Source: a virus
Taxonomy: Duplodnaviria; Heunggongvirae; Uroviricota; Caudoviricetes
Virus record (IMG/VR): IMGVR_UViG_2724679239_000008
Strand: one strand, 5' to 3'
DNA length: 38,640 bases
Within the stretch, counting starts at the first letter, position 1, and every line of letters begins with the position of its first letter. Made by a program: the position numbers and the translations under genes. The notes beneath the pieces were generated by a model. The model was not told the origin of the DNA. It saw only the letters and a list, made by a program, of their open reading frames with translations, and made no database searches. Below, in pieces: positions 18,464-26,476 of the stretch.

Positions 18464-19243
18464 TTACTCCTCCTCGCCATGCATGATCTCCACCATGCGC
18501 TGCGTCATCCTGACAAACCCATTTTCAATTGCCTGCTGATAATCAATGATCACCAGAGCCGATTCCTCAAAAAAGCTCTGAATTTCAGCGGGGGCGTGAG
18601 CGTAATAGTCCGCGATTCTGCTGAAATTAAACACCGTGTGACGTTCTGCCGCGCACAGAAGGAATTTCTCAATATCAGGATCAAGGGACACCGAACGTAT
18701 CCGGCTGATCAGCTCCTGAGTTTTCGTATCGTCGTACAGTTCACAGATATCCGGTTTATCGCCTGACGGCTCATAAACAGGCGTATCAATTTTCGTCGTA
18801 TACGGCTCCTCCTCATTTCCTGTACCAGGCAAAATATCCGTCAACAGTTCATCAATTTCTGTCGGGCTGAAGCCTGTCAGGGAGACATCAAAATCAGCAT
18901 TAATTAGGTCCGACAGCTCCATCCGTAACAGATCTTCATCCCAGCCAGCATTCATCGGCAGGCGATTATCTGCCAGACGGTACGCCTTTTTCTGATCATC
19001 CGTCAGACCAGACAGAACGATGACCGGAACGAAATCCATTTTGAGCACTTCAGCCGCCATAACGCGACCGTGACCCGCAATAACTTCGCCCTTTTCATCA
19101 ATCAGCACCGGATTAGTCCAGCCAAATTGCTTAATGCTTTCTACCAGTTGCGTCACCTGCTCAGGGCTGTGTGTCCTGGCATTGTGTGCATACAGAGACA
19201 GCTCTTGTAACGGGCGATAGACGATCTTCAATTTCTCGCTCAT
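18464..19243 (-). CDS. ParB-like nuclease domain protein
   Basis: 259-aa ORF with ParB N-terminal-type motifs (YAHNARTH, VIAGHGRVMAA); GAGG RBS. Confidence 0.7.
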   Translation of the reverse strand: MSEKLKIVYRPLQELSLYAHNARTHSPEQVTQLVESIKQFGWTNPVLIDEKGEVIAGHGRVMAAEVLKMDFVPVIVLSGLTDDQKKAYRLADNRLPMNAGWDEDLLRMELSDLINADFDVSLTGFSPTEIDELLTDILPGTGNEEEPYTTKIDTPVYEPSGDKPDICELYDDTKTQELISRIRSVSLDPDIEKFLLCAAERHTVFNFSRIADYYAHAPAEIQSFFEESALVIIDYQQAIENGFVRMTQRMVEIMHGEEE

Positions 19244-19528
19244 ACAGCCTCGCTTTATTAATAAAAAAGCCCGCTATCGGCCAGTGCGCAGGGTGCGCGG
19301 CGGGTGCAGATAACGAGCTTTGACATTATCGAAGCCCCCTATCAAAGGAGCTTCTGTAATGTCAGTCCAGAACGAACGTAACCTTTGTATTTGTCGCTCG
19401 CCGTACAAGACGCGCTGCTTCGCGTTGCATTTCATCGATAACTTTTGGCGTCATCGGCTAATGCGCATATTTACATTCAATCACTGCAAAAAATCCCGTT
19501 CATCGTTTCGCTGTCTGGTGGGATAACT

Positions 19529-19873
19529 TCAACGTTTAATCGTGCCATTGGTTTGTGCTGCCCTGTTTTTCTCAAAAGTCCTGATATCAGCCTTATCCCT
19601 GTTGCACTGTGCTAACGCTGACAACAATGCAACATTCAGGTTAAGGCTTGCCCCCCACGTAAACGGGTCGGGTAAATCTGGCTGGGGTGTTTCAGCCGTC
19701 AGACTGGCTGGTAACGGAACCACCGGCACCGACACGTATACCGTTCGCGTATTCGTGCAACCGCTTAACTGCGCCAGAAGGAACGATACGAACAGCGCAA
19801 TCATCATCCGCAACAGCCACTTTGATATCTTTCTGGATTCTCTGTGACTCCAGTGCGATCTGCTGTTTTGCAT
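19529..19873 (-). CDS. o-spanin (Rz1-like outer membrane lipoprotein); real start probably near 19807
   Basis: lipobox LAQLSGC after hydrophobic stretch, Pro-rich mature part; overlaps Rz 3' end in another frame. Confidence 0.55.
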   Translation of the reverse strand: MQNSRSHWSHRESRKISKWLLRMMIALFVSFLLAQLSGCTNTRTVYVSVPVVPLPASLTAETPQPDLPDPFTWGASLNLNVALLSALAQCNRDKADIRTFEKNRAAQTNGTIKR

Positions 19874-20084
19874 GCTGGTTAGCCTCTATAACTGTGTTGA
19901 TGATTTGCAGTGATTGCAGGACGTTACGGGTAATGGCTGTTGCTGATTCAGCATTTCGTACAGCCTCATCAGCGCGCTCCTTTTCGTGTTGATATTTGCT
20001 GTAGTAATGCCCGGCATACCAGATAAAAGAACCGATGACGGTAACAAAGAAGGCAACAATAACCAGCTTATATCTCAGCTTCAT
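19692..20084 (-). CDS. i-spanin (Rz-like)
   Basis: 130-aa ORF with N-terminal transmembrane helix then coiled-coil, directly after endolysin. Confidence 0.6.
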   Translation of the reverse strand: MKLRYKLVIVAFFVTVIGSFIWYAGHYYSKYQHEKERADEAVRNAESATAITRNVLQSLQIINTVIEANQHAKQQIALESQRIQKDIKVAVADDDCAVRIVPSGAVKRLHEYANGIRVGAGGSVTSQSDG

Positions 20085-20544
20085 TTACCACCCCACCAGC
20101 TTCTTTAAATCGGGCAATCAGGTCACCGATTCTATGTTCATACTGACCGTAACCAGCGCCCGGCAACGAAGCCCAGATATTGCTGCAACGGTCGATTGCC
20201 TGACGAATATCGCCGCGGTCAATCATCGGTAATGCGCCACGCTCTTTAATCTGCTGCAGCGCTACAGCATCCTGACTTTCTGGAGAAAAATCTTTCAGGC
20301 CAAGTTGCTTGCGGTAGGCATCCCACCAGCGTGAAAGAAGCTGGTAACGTCCGGCGGCTGTTGATTTGAGTTTCGGATTTAGCGTGACAAGTTTGCGGGG
20401 GTGATCGGAGTAATCAGTGAACAGTTCGCCACCGACAATAACATCATAACCGTGATTTCTGGTTTTCTGCCGTCCGTTATCCGTTCCTTCTGACCATGCC
20501 ACCATATCAAGGAAAGCTTTACGCTGGGAATTCAGTGTCTGCAT
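20068..20544 (-). CDS. R: endolysin, lambda R-type lytic transglycosylase
   Basis: 158-aa ORF recognised as near-identical to lambda R (QRKAFLDMVAWSEGTDNGRQKTRNHGYDVIVGGELFTDYSDHPRKLVTLNPKLKST). Confidence 0.9.
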   Translation of the reverse strand: MQTLNSQRKAFLDMVAWSEGTDNGRQKTRNHGYDVIVGGELFTDYSDHPRKLVTLNPKLKSTAAGRYQLLSRWWDAYRKQLGLKDFSPESQDAVALQQIKERGALPMIDRGDIRQAIDRCSNIWASLPGAGYGQYEHRIGDLIARFKEAGGVVNEAEI

Positions 20545-20547
20545 TAA

Positions 20548-20883
20548 TTACTCCTTATGGGCACCAAACTTGTTACCGATGACCCTCATTGCCGCACCAC
20601 GAATAGCATCAACACCAATCAGCCCCACCCCACCACCAATGGCAACAGAAAGTGATTTAGGCCATCCGACATACTCAAGCGCGGATGCAAAAGTCAACGT
20701 CAGAGCACCACAGAGCAAAATCTCAAGCGTTTTTCGTTTCCAGCCCCCACCACCGCCAAAATAGGCGATGCGCAAACCAGCCATAACGATCGACATAATC
20801 ACTGCACCCAGCGGTGTATCTCCACGCCACCAGCTCTGAAACAACTCCAGCCAGTCCGGCCAGGTATTTGGGTTATGAGGCAT
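20548..20883 (-). CDS. putative holin
   Basis: three predicted TM segments, charged C-terminus, immediately upstream of endolysin; start at ATG 20883 with GAGGTGA upstream (track start 20907 lacks RBS; dual start possible). Confidence 0.6.
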   Translation of the reverse strand: MPHNPNTWPDWLELFQSWWRGDTPLGAVIMSIVMAGLRIAYFGGGGGWKRKTLEILLCGALTLTFASALEYVGWPKSLSVAIGGGVGLIGVDAIRGAAMRVIGNKFGAHKE

Positions 20884-21004
20884 TTCATCATCTCTCACCT
20901 CGCACATATCGCGGGTGCAAATTGAGGGAATAAAAAATCCCCGAATATTCCGGGAGCGGAAACGGGGAAAGGCGTTGCACTAAATGGGCCTGTCTGCGGC
21001 CTTA

Positions 21005-21031
21005 AATAAAAAACCCCGGCAAATGCCGAGG
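21005..21031 (-). terminator. putative rho-independent terminator in late leader
   Basis: minus-sense CCUCGG-CAUUUG-CCGGGG followed by UUUUUUAUUU. Confidence 0.4.
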
Positions 21032-21252
21032 TCAGTTAATCGTTGCCGCTGTTAGTGCCGCGGTGCACTATCTCTTTATCAGGCTACTTACGCGTTAAAA
21101 CGGGTGCCAACCGTAACTCAGTGATGCTTTACGCTTCCTCTCCTTCACTACGTCGCCATGGGAGCCCGACCAGATTAACGCTGTCGTCACGTTGCCAAAA
21201 TATGGCATCCAATGAATTCTTTTTATTTAGCTATTTCATTTTTCTATCCGTC

Positions 21253-21281
21253 AGAAACAACAAAACCCGCTCGGTGGCGGG
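21253..21281 (-). terminator. tR'-like terminator downstream of Q
   Basis: minus-sense CCCGC-CACCGA-GCGGG followed by UUUUGUUGUUUCU, about 100 nt downstream of Q stop. Confidence 0.5.
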
Positions 21282-21380
21282 TTCTATTAAAGTTCAATTG
21301 CACTTGGTTCGCCTCGCGATACAGCTTTGCGAAGCGTAGCTGAATTGAATCAGTTTATTGGCAAAAATGCAATAACTTTT

Positions 21381-21923
21381 TTATTGGCTTTCTCCGCATA
21401 ACGCTAATTTCATTGGTATATACAGAATGTGCTCAGCAACACTCAACCATGCGTCAATGCGATTTCTGCAAGTTTTCAAGCTCCAGCCAGGGCGATACTC
21501 ATTTAACTGTTGTGCCATTTTCAGCTTACTCATCCCCCGTCCCTCATACCGTTGTCGAAGGACGCTAATCAATCCCGGATGTTCTGTCAGCACCTCACTT
21601 ATAACCCGATCAATACATAACGCCTCTGCATCAGTACAATGCGCCAGCCAGCTCTTTTGCTTCCCGTTGATCATCTCACGTAAAAATGCTTCCAGCTCCG
21701 GCTTCTCTATTCCCGCTTTTTTAATCCTGCGCAGGGCTTCATTGACGGCTGTTTTCGTCAATTTTTTGGATGCCAGCAACTGGTTAAACATATTTCCCAT
21801 CTTACCGCCGCCAATATACGACCAGCGCCCCCACATGCGCAGTTTTCCCTGAATCCAGACACTTTCCAGCGTGGTGAGACGAAGGTGTTCCCCGCTTTTG
21901 CCTGTATTTGTTGGGTAAATCAT
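21381..21923 (-). CDS. Q: late antiterminator Q-like protein
   Basis: 180-aa ORF directly upstream of late leader and lysis genes; Q-family size and position. Confidence 0.65.
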   Translation of the reverse strand: MIYPTNTGKSGEHLRLTTLESVWIQGKLRMWGRWSYIGGGKMGNMFNQLLASKKLTKTAVNEALRRIKKAGIEKPELEAFLREMINGKQKSWLAHCTDAEALCIDRVISEVLTEHPGLISVLRQRYEGRGMSKLKMAQQLNEYRPGWSLKTCRNRIDAWLSVAEHILYIPMKLALCGESQ

Positions 21924-22210
21924 AAATAACCTTCCTTTCTCCAGATTTCTGGTGTGCGAAAAACACCTTCTGCATGCATCAGGCGCAATTCTTCTTTGGT
22001 GTAATCACTGGTTTTTACCCGCCCGTCGATTAAATCGTGGCACGAGCTACAGGCAATCGCTGCCTGCATATCATGTGGCTTTATCGCTGTTCCGCACGTT
22101 CCCGCCAGTCGGTAATGCGCCAGCACAGACGTTTCGGGATTGTGATTGCAGTAGCCAGGGATTCTGACCTGGCACATCTGGCCCCGCGCTGCTTTACGTA
22201 AACTCACCAT
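21920..22210 (-). CDS. nin-region Cys-rich protein (YbcO/DUF1364-like)
   Basis: 96-aa ORF with several Cys/His (CNHNPETSVLAHY, CSSCHDLIDG); TAATG coupling with upstream gene. Confidence 0.45.
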   Translation of the reverse strand: MVSLRKAARGQMCQVRIPGYCNHNPETSVLAHYRLAGTCGTAIKPHDMQAAIACSSCHDLIDGRVKTSDYTKEELRLMHAEGVFRTPEIWRKEGYL

Positions 22211-22809
22211 TACGCAAACTCTAGTAGCTGCGCGGCCACATTTTCGACTTCCTCCAGAGAGGAGAATTTACGGAACAGGATCCAGTTCCACAGGACGTTA
22301 AGTACAGCTTTATAAACCTGTTGAAATTCAGTTTCGTCCATATTCGCAAAAGCAATGGACTTCGCCCGACGCCCGCGGCTACCGTCTGGATAAAAATGCT
22401 CGGTGTAGAAGCCGGCCTGAATGGTCACCCACTCGCGGAAAGCGTCAAATGATTTGAGCAATGCCATATCCTGGGTTCTGCGTGTCGCAACGGTATTCAG
22501 ATATTGTTCCGCGGCATCACTCAGAGCTGGCGTATGTTCCCTGCCTACTGATTCACACAGGTAATCAACGAAGCCGAACACCATTTCTCGTTCGCGAGGT
22601 GTGATCGCCCCACCGACCGGAGTCCAGTAATCGAATCCAAGTTGCAGAAGTTTGAAAAAACGCTTGTGAAATGCATAGTTACGCACACGCTTAAAATCAG
22701 CATGTATCCACTCGCCTATTTTGATTTGATGCAGAAAATCGCAACTCTCCGGCGTCGCCGGAAGAAGTAAACCAGAAGAAGTTTGTTTGACCAGTTGTAT
22801 ATGCGCCAT
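22210..22809 (-). CDS. nin-region hypothetical protein (DUF1367-like)
   Basis: start at ATG 22809 (MAHIQLVKQ) with GGAG upstream. Confidence 0.45.
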   Translation of the reverse strand: MAHIQLVKQTSSGLLLPATPESCDFLHQIKIGEWIHADFKRVRNYAFHKRFFKLLQLGFDYWTPVGGAITPREREMVFGFVDYLCESVGREHTPALSDAAEQYLNTVATRRTQDMALLKSFDAFREWVTIQAGFYTEHFYPDGSRGRRAKSIAFANMDETEFQQVYKAVLNVLWNWILFRKFSSLEEVENVAAQLLEFA

Positions 22810-22868
22810 TGCTATCTCCAATGGCGCTGTAGGTTGCCAGTTGTTCAGGCTGGCTTACGAATTATAAC

Positions 22869-23042
22869 TCATTCCCGAACCACCTTGAAACCGAGCCTTT
22901 CCAGGTATTCAATGAACGCCTCGATAGATAAAATCACATGATCATCAGGAATTAACGTTGTGTAGATAACGTCTCCATTCTCAACGCGCACAGCATAGAG
23001 GCCATTTTCACTAAAAATTTCACGCAATTCTTCGATTTTCAT
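22869..23042 (-). CDS. small hypothetical protein (57 aa), below the ORF-track cutoff
   Basis: hand translation MKIEELREIFSENGLYAVRVENGDVIYTTLIPDDHVILSIEAFIEYLERLGFKVVRE; GGAAGGA 8 nt upstream of ATG. Confidence 0.35.
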   Translation of the reverse strand: MKIEELREIFSENGLYAVRVENGDVIYTTLIPDDHVILSIEAFIEYLERLGFKVVRE

Positions 23043-23188
23043 CTTCAGAATCCTTCCAGATAAATAGCTCTTCCCTTCTCAGGGTCCATCCCTCTTATCC
23101 CTGCGCGCTACTTAAGTGCATCGATTCTAGTCAGGCATACCCGCTTATCAACAAACGAAGGTCGGTTTAATGGAGGAGTCGGCTAAAA

Positions 23189-23214
23189 CTTGATCTGTAA
23201 AAGTAAAAAACCCG
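23189..23214 (-). terminator. rho-independent terminator downstream of hok
   Basis: minus-sense CCCGC-UUCG-GCGGG followed by UUUUUUACUUUU. Confidence 0.55.
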
Positions 23215-23294
23215 CCGAAGCGGGTTAGGTGCGGGTGCGTTGAGGATGCCTGACTCATCAGAGGTGGCGAGGGATTTCTCCCTCGCCTGGTCTC

Positions 23295-23450
23295 TTACTC
23301 CTCAGGTTCGTAAGCTGTGAAGACAGCGACCTCCGTCTGACCGGTTCGGATTCGTACCTCGCAGAGGTCTTTCCTCGTTACCAGTGCCGTAACAATGACG
23401 GTTAAACAGATGACGATCAGGGCGACTAACATCGCCTTTTGCTGCTTCAT
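23295..23450 (-). CDS. hok: Hok-family type I toxin
   Basis: MKQQKAMLVALIVICLTVIVTALVTRKDLCEVRIRTGQTEVAVFTAYEPEE matches Hok/Gef family pattern; AGGAG RBS 9 nt upstream. Confidence 0.8.
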   Translation of the reverse strand: MKQQKAMLVALIVICLTVIVTALVTRKDLCEVRIRTGQTEVAVFTAYEPEE

Positions 23451-23507
23451 AGCCTGCTTCTCCTTGCCTTTCGGCACGTAAGAGGCTAACCTACATGTGT
23501 TCAGCAT
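23295..23507 (-). CDS. mok: Mok-like in-frame N-terminally extended reading frame
   Basis: in-frame ATG 19 codons upstream (MLNTCRLASYVPKGKEKQA...), same arrangement I recall for mokC/hokC. Confidence 0.45.
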   Translation of the reverse strand: MLNTCRLASYVPKGKEKQAMKQQKAMLVALIVICLTVIVTALVTRKDLCEVRIRTGQTEVAVFTAYEPEE

Positions 23508-23575
23508 GGATTGAGCCTCAGATTAATGTTAAGCGTCCTGCAAGACGCGTAATGTTAACTGGGGCTTTTCTCTAT
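23500..23575 (+). ncRNA. sok: possible Sok-like antisense RNA (inferred, boundaries approximate)
   Basis: plus-strand TTGCCT (23464-23469), 17-nt spacer, TAACCT (23487-23492) opposite the mok start; imperfect hairpin 23529-23556; by analogy with hok/sok loci. Confidence 0.25.
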
Positions 23576-23877
23576 CTGCCTTTTGGTGTTCATGCCTGAG
23601 ACAGATAGCCTCAAGCACCCGCAGCGATTTTTACTTAACTCTTCTTTTCACGCAAACCGTTTTTATCCTCAACGTAAATTTTACCAATATCGCCTAACAC
23701 ATCTCCCCTGCCCTGACGATGCTTACCTCTTTACACAGCCCCCTATTTATGTATTATCTTTTACAAACAACCAGTTAAGAGCTATCGGTGGGTGAGTTCG
23801 CCCTGCGGTAGCTTTTCCTTTATACATTGCATCTATTTATGTTCTAGTATATTCCTATATGTTCAAAAGGACTTTTC

Positions 23878-24810
23878 ATGCACAGCGTTAATTTCTATTC
23901 ATTCCGCGTATTGACCCATAAAGGCAGTCGAGCCAGCAAAAAGCTTAATGAATTGGGTTTAAGTAATAAAAAAACGGCATATGAACTTTTTGTTGATTAT
24001 TTTACTCTATATAAAAACACCCCCATCGAGTTTGGCGTATCCAAAACTAAAATATCTCTAGAACAACACGCTAAACTTCACTTTGATAACACAAAGAAAA
24101 TTATATATGGTTATATAAAAGTTGGGAAATATGGAGAAAGTAGTGAAATAAAGGATGTAAAACTCAAAAAAATCCACTACAGGACAACTGCTTATGATGT
24201 AACACTCAAAGAACGTTATATTTTAATATACCTACCAGACACCCTTGAAGAAGGAATTATTGCATTCCATTCTTGCGATAATATTTCTGCTCGAGGTGTC
24301 CTTTCTGATTCTATCACTGAATATCTAAAAAACAAATTTCAACTCGAAGCAAGAATCAATCCATTACATCATAAGAAAATCCCTCAATATATTCTCAATT
24401 CCGAATTAAAACAAATTAAGGCTCAAGGATATAAAGCACCAAAAGACATTGCTGATTCCTTTGGTCAAAACAAAACAAACATCAAGACAGACTTAATAAT
24501 AAAAGCAAACGATGGCATGTTCGGAAGTTTCAGGGATTTAAGAAACAAGAATATAGGAAACATCATTGAGATTATTGAAGATAAATGTGATGCAATAAAA
24601 GTAAGCTTACAGCTCGGCAGTCGGACTGTCGTTTTCAATTATGATACCATACTAAAAAAAGGAATTTCCGCAGAGTTAGATGATAATGATCTAAAAATCG
24701 ACCCATTAACAGGCATACCTGATCTAACAGCACTTCATGACACGATAAAAAACCTTTCTAATGATATATTGTTAGAACTGCATAGCGGAAACAAAGGGGT
24801 GATCATATGA
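23878..24810 (+). CDS. hypothetical soluble protein, first gene of AT-rich two-gene operon (candidate sensor of a Rex-like module)
   Basis: 310-aa ORF, clearly lower GC than flanks, AAGGA RBS; ATGA overlap with downstream gene. Confidence 0.6.
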   Translation: MHSVNFYSFRVLTHKGSRASKKLNELGLSNKKTAYELFVDYFTLYKNTPIEFGVSKTKISLEQHAKLHFDNTKKIIYGYIKVGKYGESSEIKDVKLKKIHYRTTAYDVTLKERYILIYLPDTLEEGIIAFHSCDNISARGVLSDSITEYLKNKFQLEARINPLHHKKIPQYILNSELKQIKAQGYKAPKDIADSFGQNKTNIKTDLIIKANDGMFGSFRDLRNKNIGNIIEIIEDKCDAIKVSLQLGSRTVVFNYDTILKKGISAELDDNDLKIDPLTGIPDLTALHDTIKNLSNDILLELHSGNKGVII

Positions 24811-25361
24811 ATAAAATAAATGTGCTGGGTGTAATAATAAAACACTACAAAACAATGTCAGATCAGCGTGGAACAATGTTGATGAGCGACATTATCGTAC
24901 ATTTTATTGTTCCGCTATCTCTTTCTTTCGTTCTGTGCTGGACATACGGAATAATGAAACCGGCAATTGCTTCCGTCTTCGTTAACTTCGGGGCTATTAC
25001 AACAGCACTATTAATGAGTGCAGTAATAATGATTTATGAACAAAAACAAAAAACCATTACTAAGATATCAGACATAATTGAAGGACACAAATCCCGAGAC
25101 AAATTGATATCATTAAACACTAACAAAACCATATATGAGCAGTTATGCCACAACGTCGCTTATGCAATATTAACTTCAATAGTATTGGTTATATTTTCAG
25201 TGATAATATATTTCCTGCCTGACAATGCAGTGGATTTAATGAAATGGTATTTTCGCGCACCTGCATATATTGTTAGCTTTTTAGCCTATACATCCTTTTT
25301 TATCACTGTTATAACGTTCTTAATGGTAATCAAAAGGTTTAGCACAATTTTAGATAATTGA
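24807..25361 (+). CDS. hypothetical membrane protein with four predicted TM helices (candidate effector)
   Basis: 184-aa ORF, four hydrophobic segments of about 20 aa each, translationally coupled to upstream gene. Confidence 0.6.
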   Translation: MNKINVLGVIIKHYKTMSDQRGTMLMSDIIVHFIVPLSLSFVLCWTYGIMKPAIASVFVNFGAITTALLMSAVIMIYEQKQKTITKISDIIEGHKSRDKLISLNTNKTIYEQLCHNVAYAILTSIVLVIFSVIIYFLPDNAVDLMKWYFRAPAYIVSFLAYTSFFITVITFLMVIKRFSTILDN

Positions 25362-25368
25362 ACAGCGG

Positions 25369-25391
25369 AACAGCCGCCCTTTCGGGCGGCC
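25369..25391. terminator. possible hairpin terminator after the AT-rich operon
   Basis: perfect GCCGCCC-TTTC-GGGCGGC hairpin but weak T-tract. Confidence 0.3.
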
Positions 25392-25494
25392 TCCTGATGT
25401 TTTGAGGGTGCAGGAACCCCTCCGGTTAAGGATTTAATAAAAATCACTTCTGATTTAAATTTTCAGTGTTTTGTTGTCAGGTGATTTATCGCCT

Positions 25495-25806
25495 TTACGC
25501 TTCAGCTTTATTTCGCAACCAGACACAAACCGGGCCATCTTCGGTGTCATGTATTGAACCAATAAACCATCCATCGCCCTCTGGTCGTTCCGGTTCCCAT
25601 GCAGAAATATCAGCATCACAAGCATCAAAGTCAGCACATCCTTCGTCTCTGAAGCAGAGGACGTATTGAAGTTTATTTTCCTCCATCCATGCGTTAAACT
25701 CTTCCGTTGAAATATGTTCTCTACCATCACAGAATTTTTCATATTCAGGATGCGTCCAGCAGCCATATTCATCACGTACTACTGGTATTTCTCTAATTTC
25801 TTTCAT
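25495..25806 (-). CDS. hypothetical acidic Cys-containing phage protein
   Basis: 103-aa ORF with protein-like composition; the overlapping 106-aa frame looks like a shadow ORF. Confidence 0.45.
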   Translation of the reverse strand: MKEIREIPVVRDEYGCWTHPEYEKFCDGREHISTEEFNAWMEENKLQYVLCFRDEGCADFDACDADISAWEPERPEGDGWFIGSIHDTEDGPVCVWLRNKAEA

Positions 25807-26056
25807 TTCTGTTCTCCCACGTTTTCAGACTTTCACCACAGAACGGGCAAAAACACATTGCAACACCACGACCGATATATTGCCCAGAGTGAATTTGAGC
25901 AATATCTATGCCTGACTCGCCGGTGTTTATGTTCACACGTTCCGGGATAAATATGCCTTTACTCTTGAATGTTGGATTTCCATATTCGAGAGATTTTGCC
26001 AAAGCCGCGCACGGTTCTATCTTGTTGCCATTAACCTGACATTTTGATGCGTTCAC
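25793..26056 (-). CDS. hypothetical protein with C-terminal zinc-ribbon-like CFCPFCG
   Basis: start reassigned to GTG 26056 with AGGAGG upstream and GTGA overlap with upstream stop. Confidence 0.4.
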   Translation of the reverse strand: MNASKCQVNGNKIEPCAALAKSLEYGNPTFKSKGIFIPERVNINTGESGIDIAQIHSGQYIGRGVAMCFCPFCGESLKTWENRNERN

Positions 26057-26469
26057 AGTACCACCTCCTGAAAATTTCCCTGATAGAAATCCAGTACACG
26101 CTGCATAGCTTCGCTCTGACGGCACTCGCGACAAATTATGTTCTGTCGTCTGTTGTAACAGCGTATTTCACCATCCGGCAATGAATAAATCAGCTCGGGG
26201 TCTCTCTTCTTTTTCGCTGTACCTTTCGACATCTCTTTACGGGCCTTTATCCAGTCCTTGCGCGCCTGCTCCGAAGGAAATATCCCGTGCCCCGAACCAT
26301 ATACTATGCCACTGCCCACCAGCTCTTTCGCCAGAACTTCTATCAGGTGTCTCGTTGCTCCGGTTTCATCTTCCAGTTGCTTACGCGTTTTCCTCCCGTC
26401 TCTGCGCACCAGTTCCACAATACGCGCCTTCAGTTGCTCCCGATATTCAGGTGTAAAAACGTTTCTCAT
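26053..26469 (-). CDS. hypothetical winged-helix-like protein
   Basis: start at ATG 26469 (MRNVFTPEY) with GTGAGG upstream. Confidence 0.45.
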   Translation of the reverse strand: MRNVFTPEYREQLKARIVELVRRDGRKTRKQLEDETGATRHLIEVLAKELVGSGIVYGSGHGIFPSEQARKDWIKARKEMSKGTAKKKRDPELIYSLPDGEIRCYNRRQNIICRECRQSEAMQRVLDFYQGNFQEVVL

Positions 26470-26476
26470 AAGCGCC

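Noticed and set aside
21043-21339. 98-aa plus-strand ORF in the Q-holin late leader
   Set aside because: Opposite to late transcription, spans both terminator hairpins, no RBS.
20908-21380. tRNA or Shiga-toxin cargo between Q and the lysis genes
   Set aside because: No tRNA-like cloverleaf signature (no GGTTCGAATCC-type T-arm) and no ORF of toxin size; interval is only 470 bp.
23583-23795. 70-aa plus-strand ORF upstream of hok
   Set aside because: Lies in the expected hok mRNA leader region, no RBS, Pro/Leu-rich low-complexity translation.
25455-25775. 106-aa minus-strand ORF overlapping 25495..25806
   Set aside because: Different frame over the same DNA; its composition looks like a shadow ORF while the 103-aa frame is protein-like.
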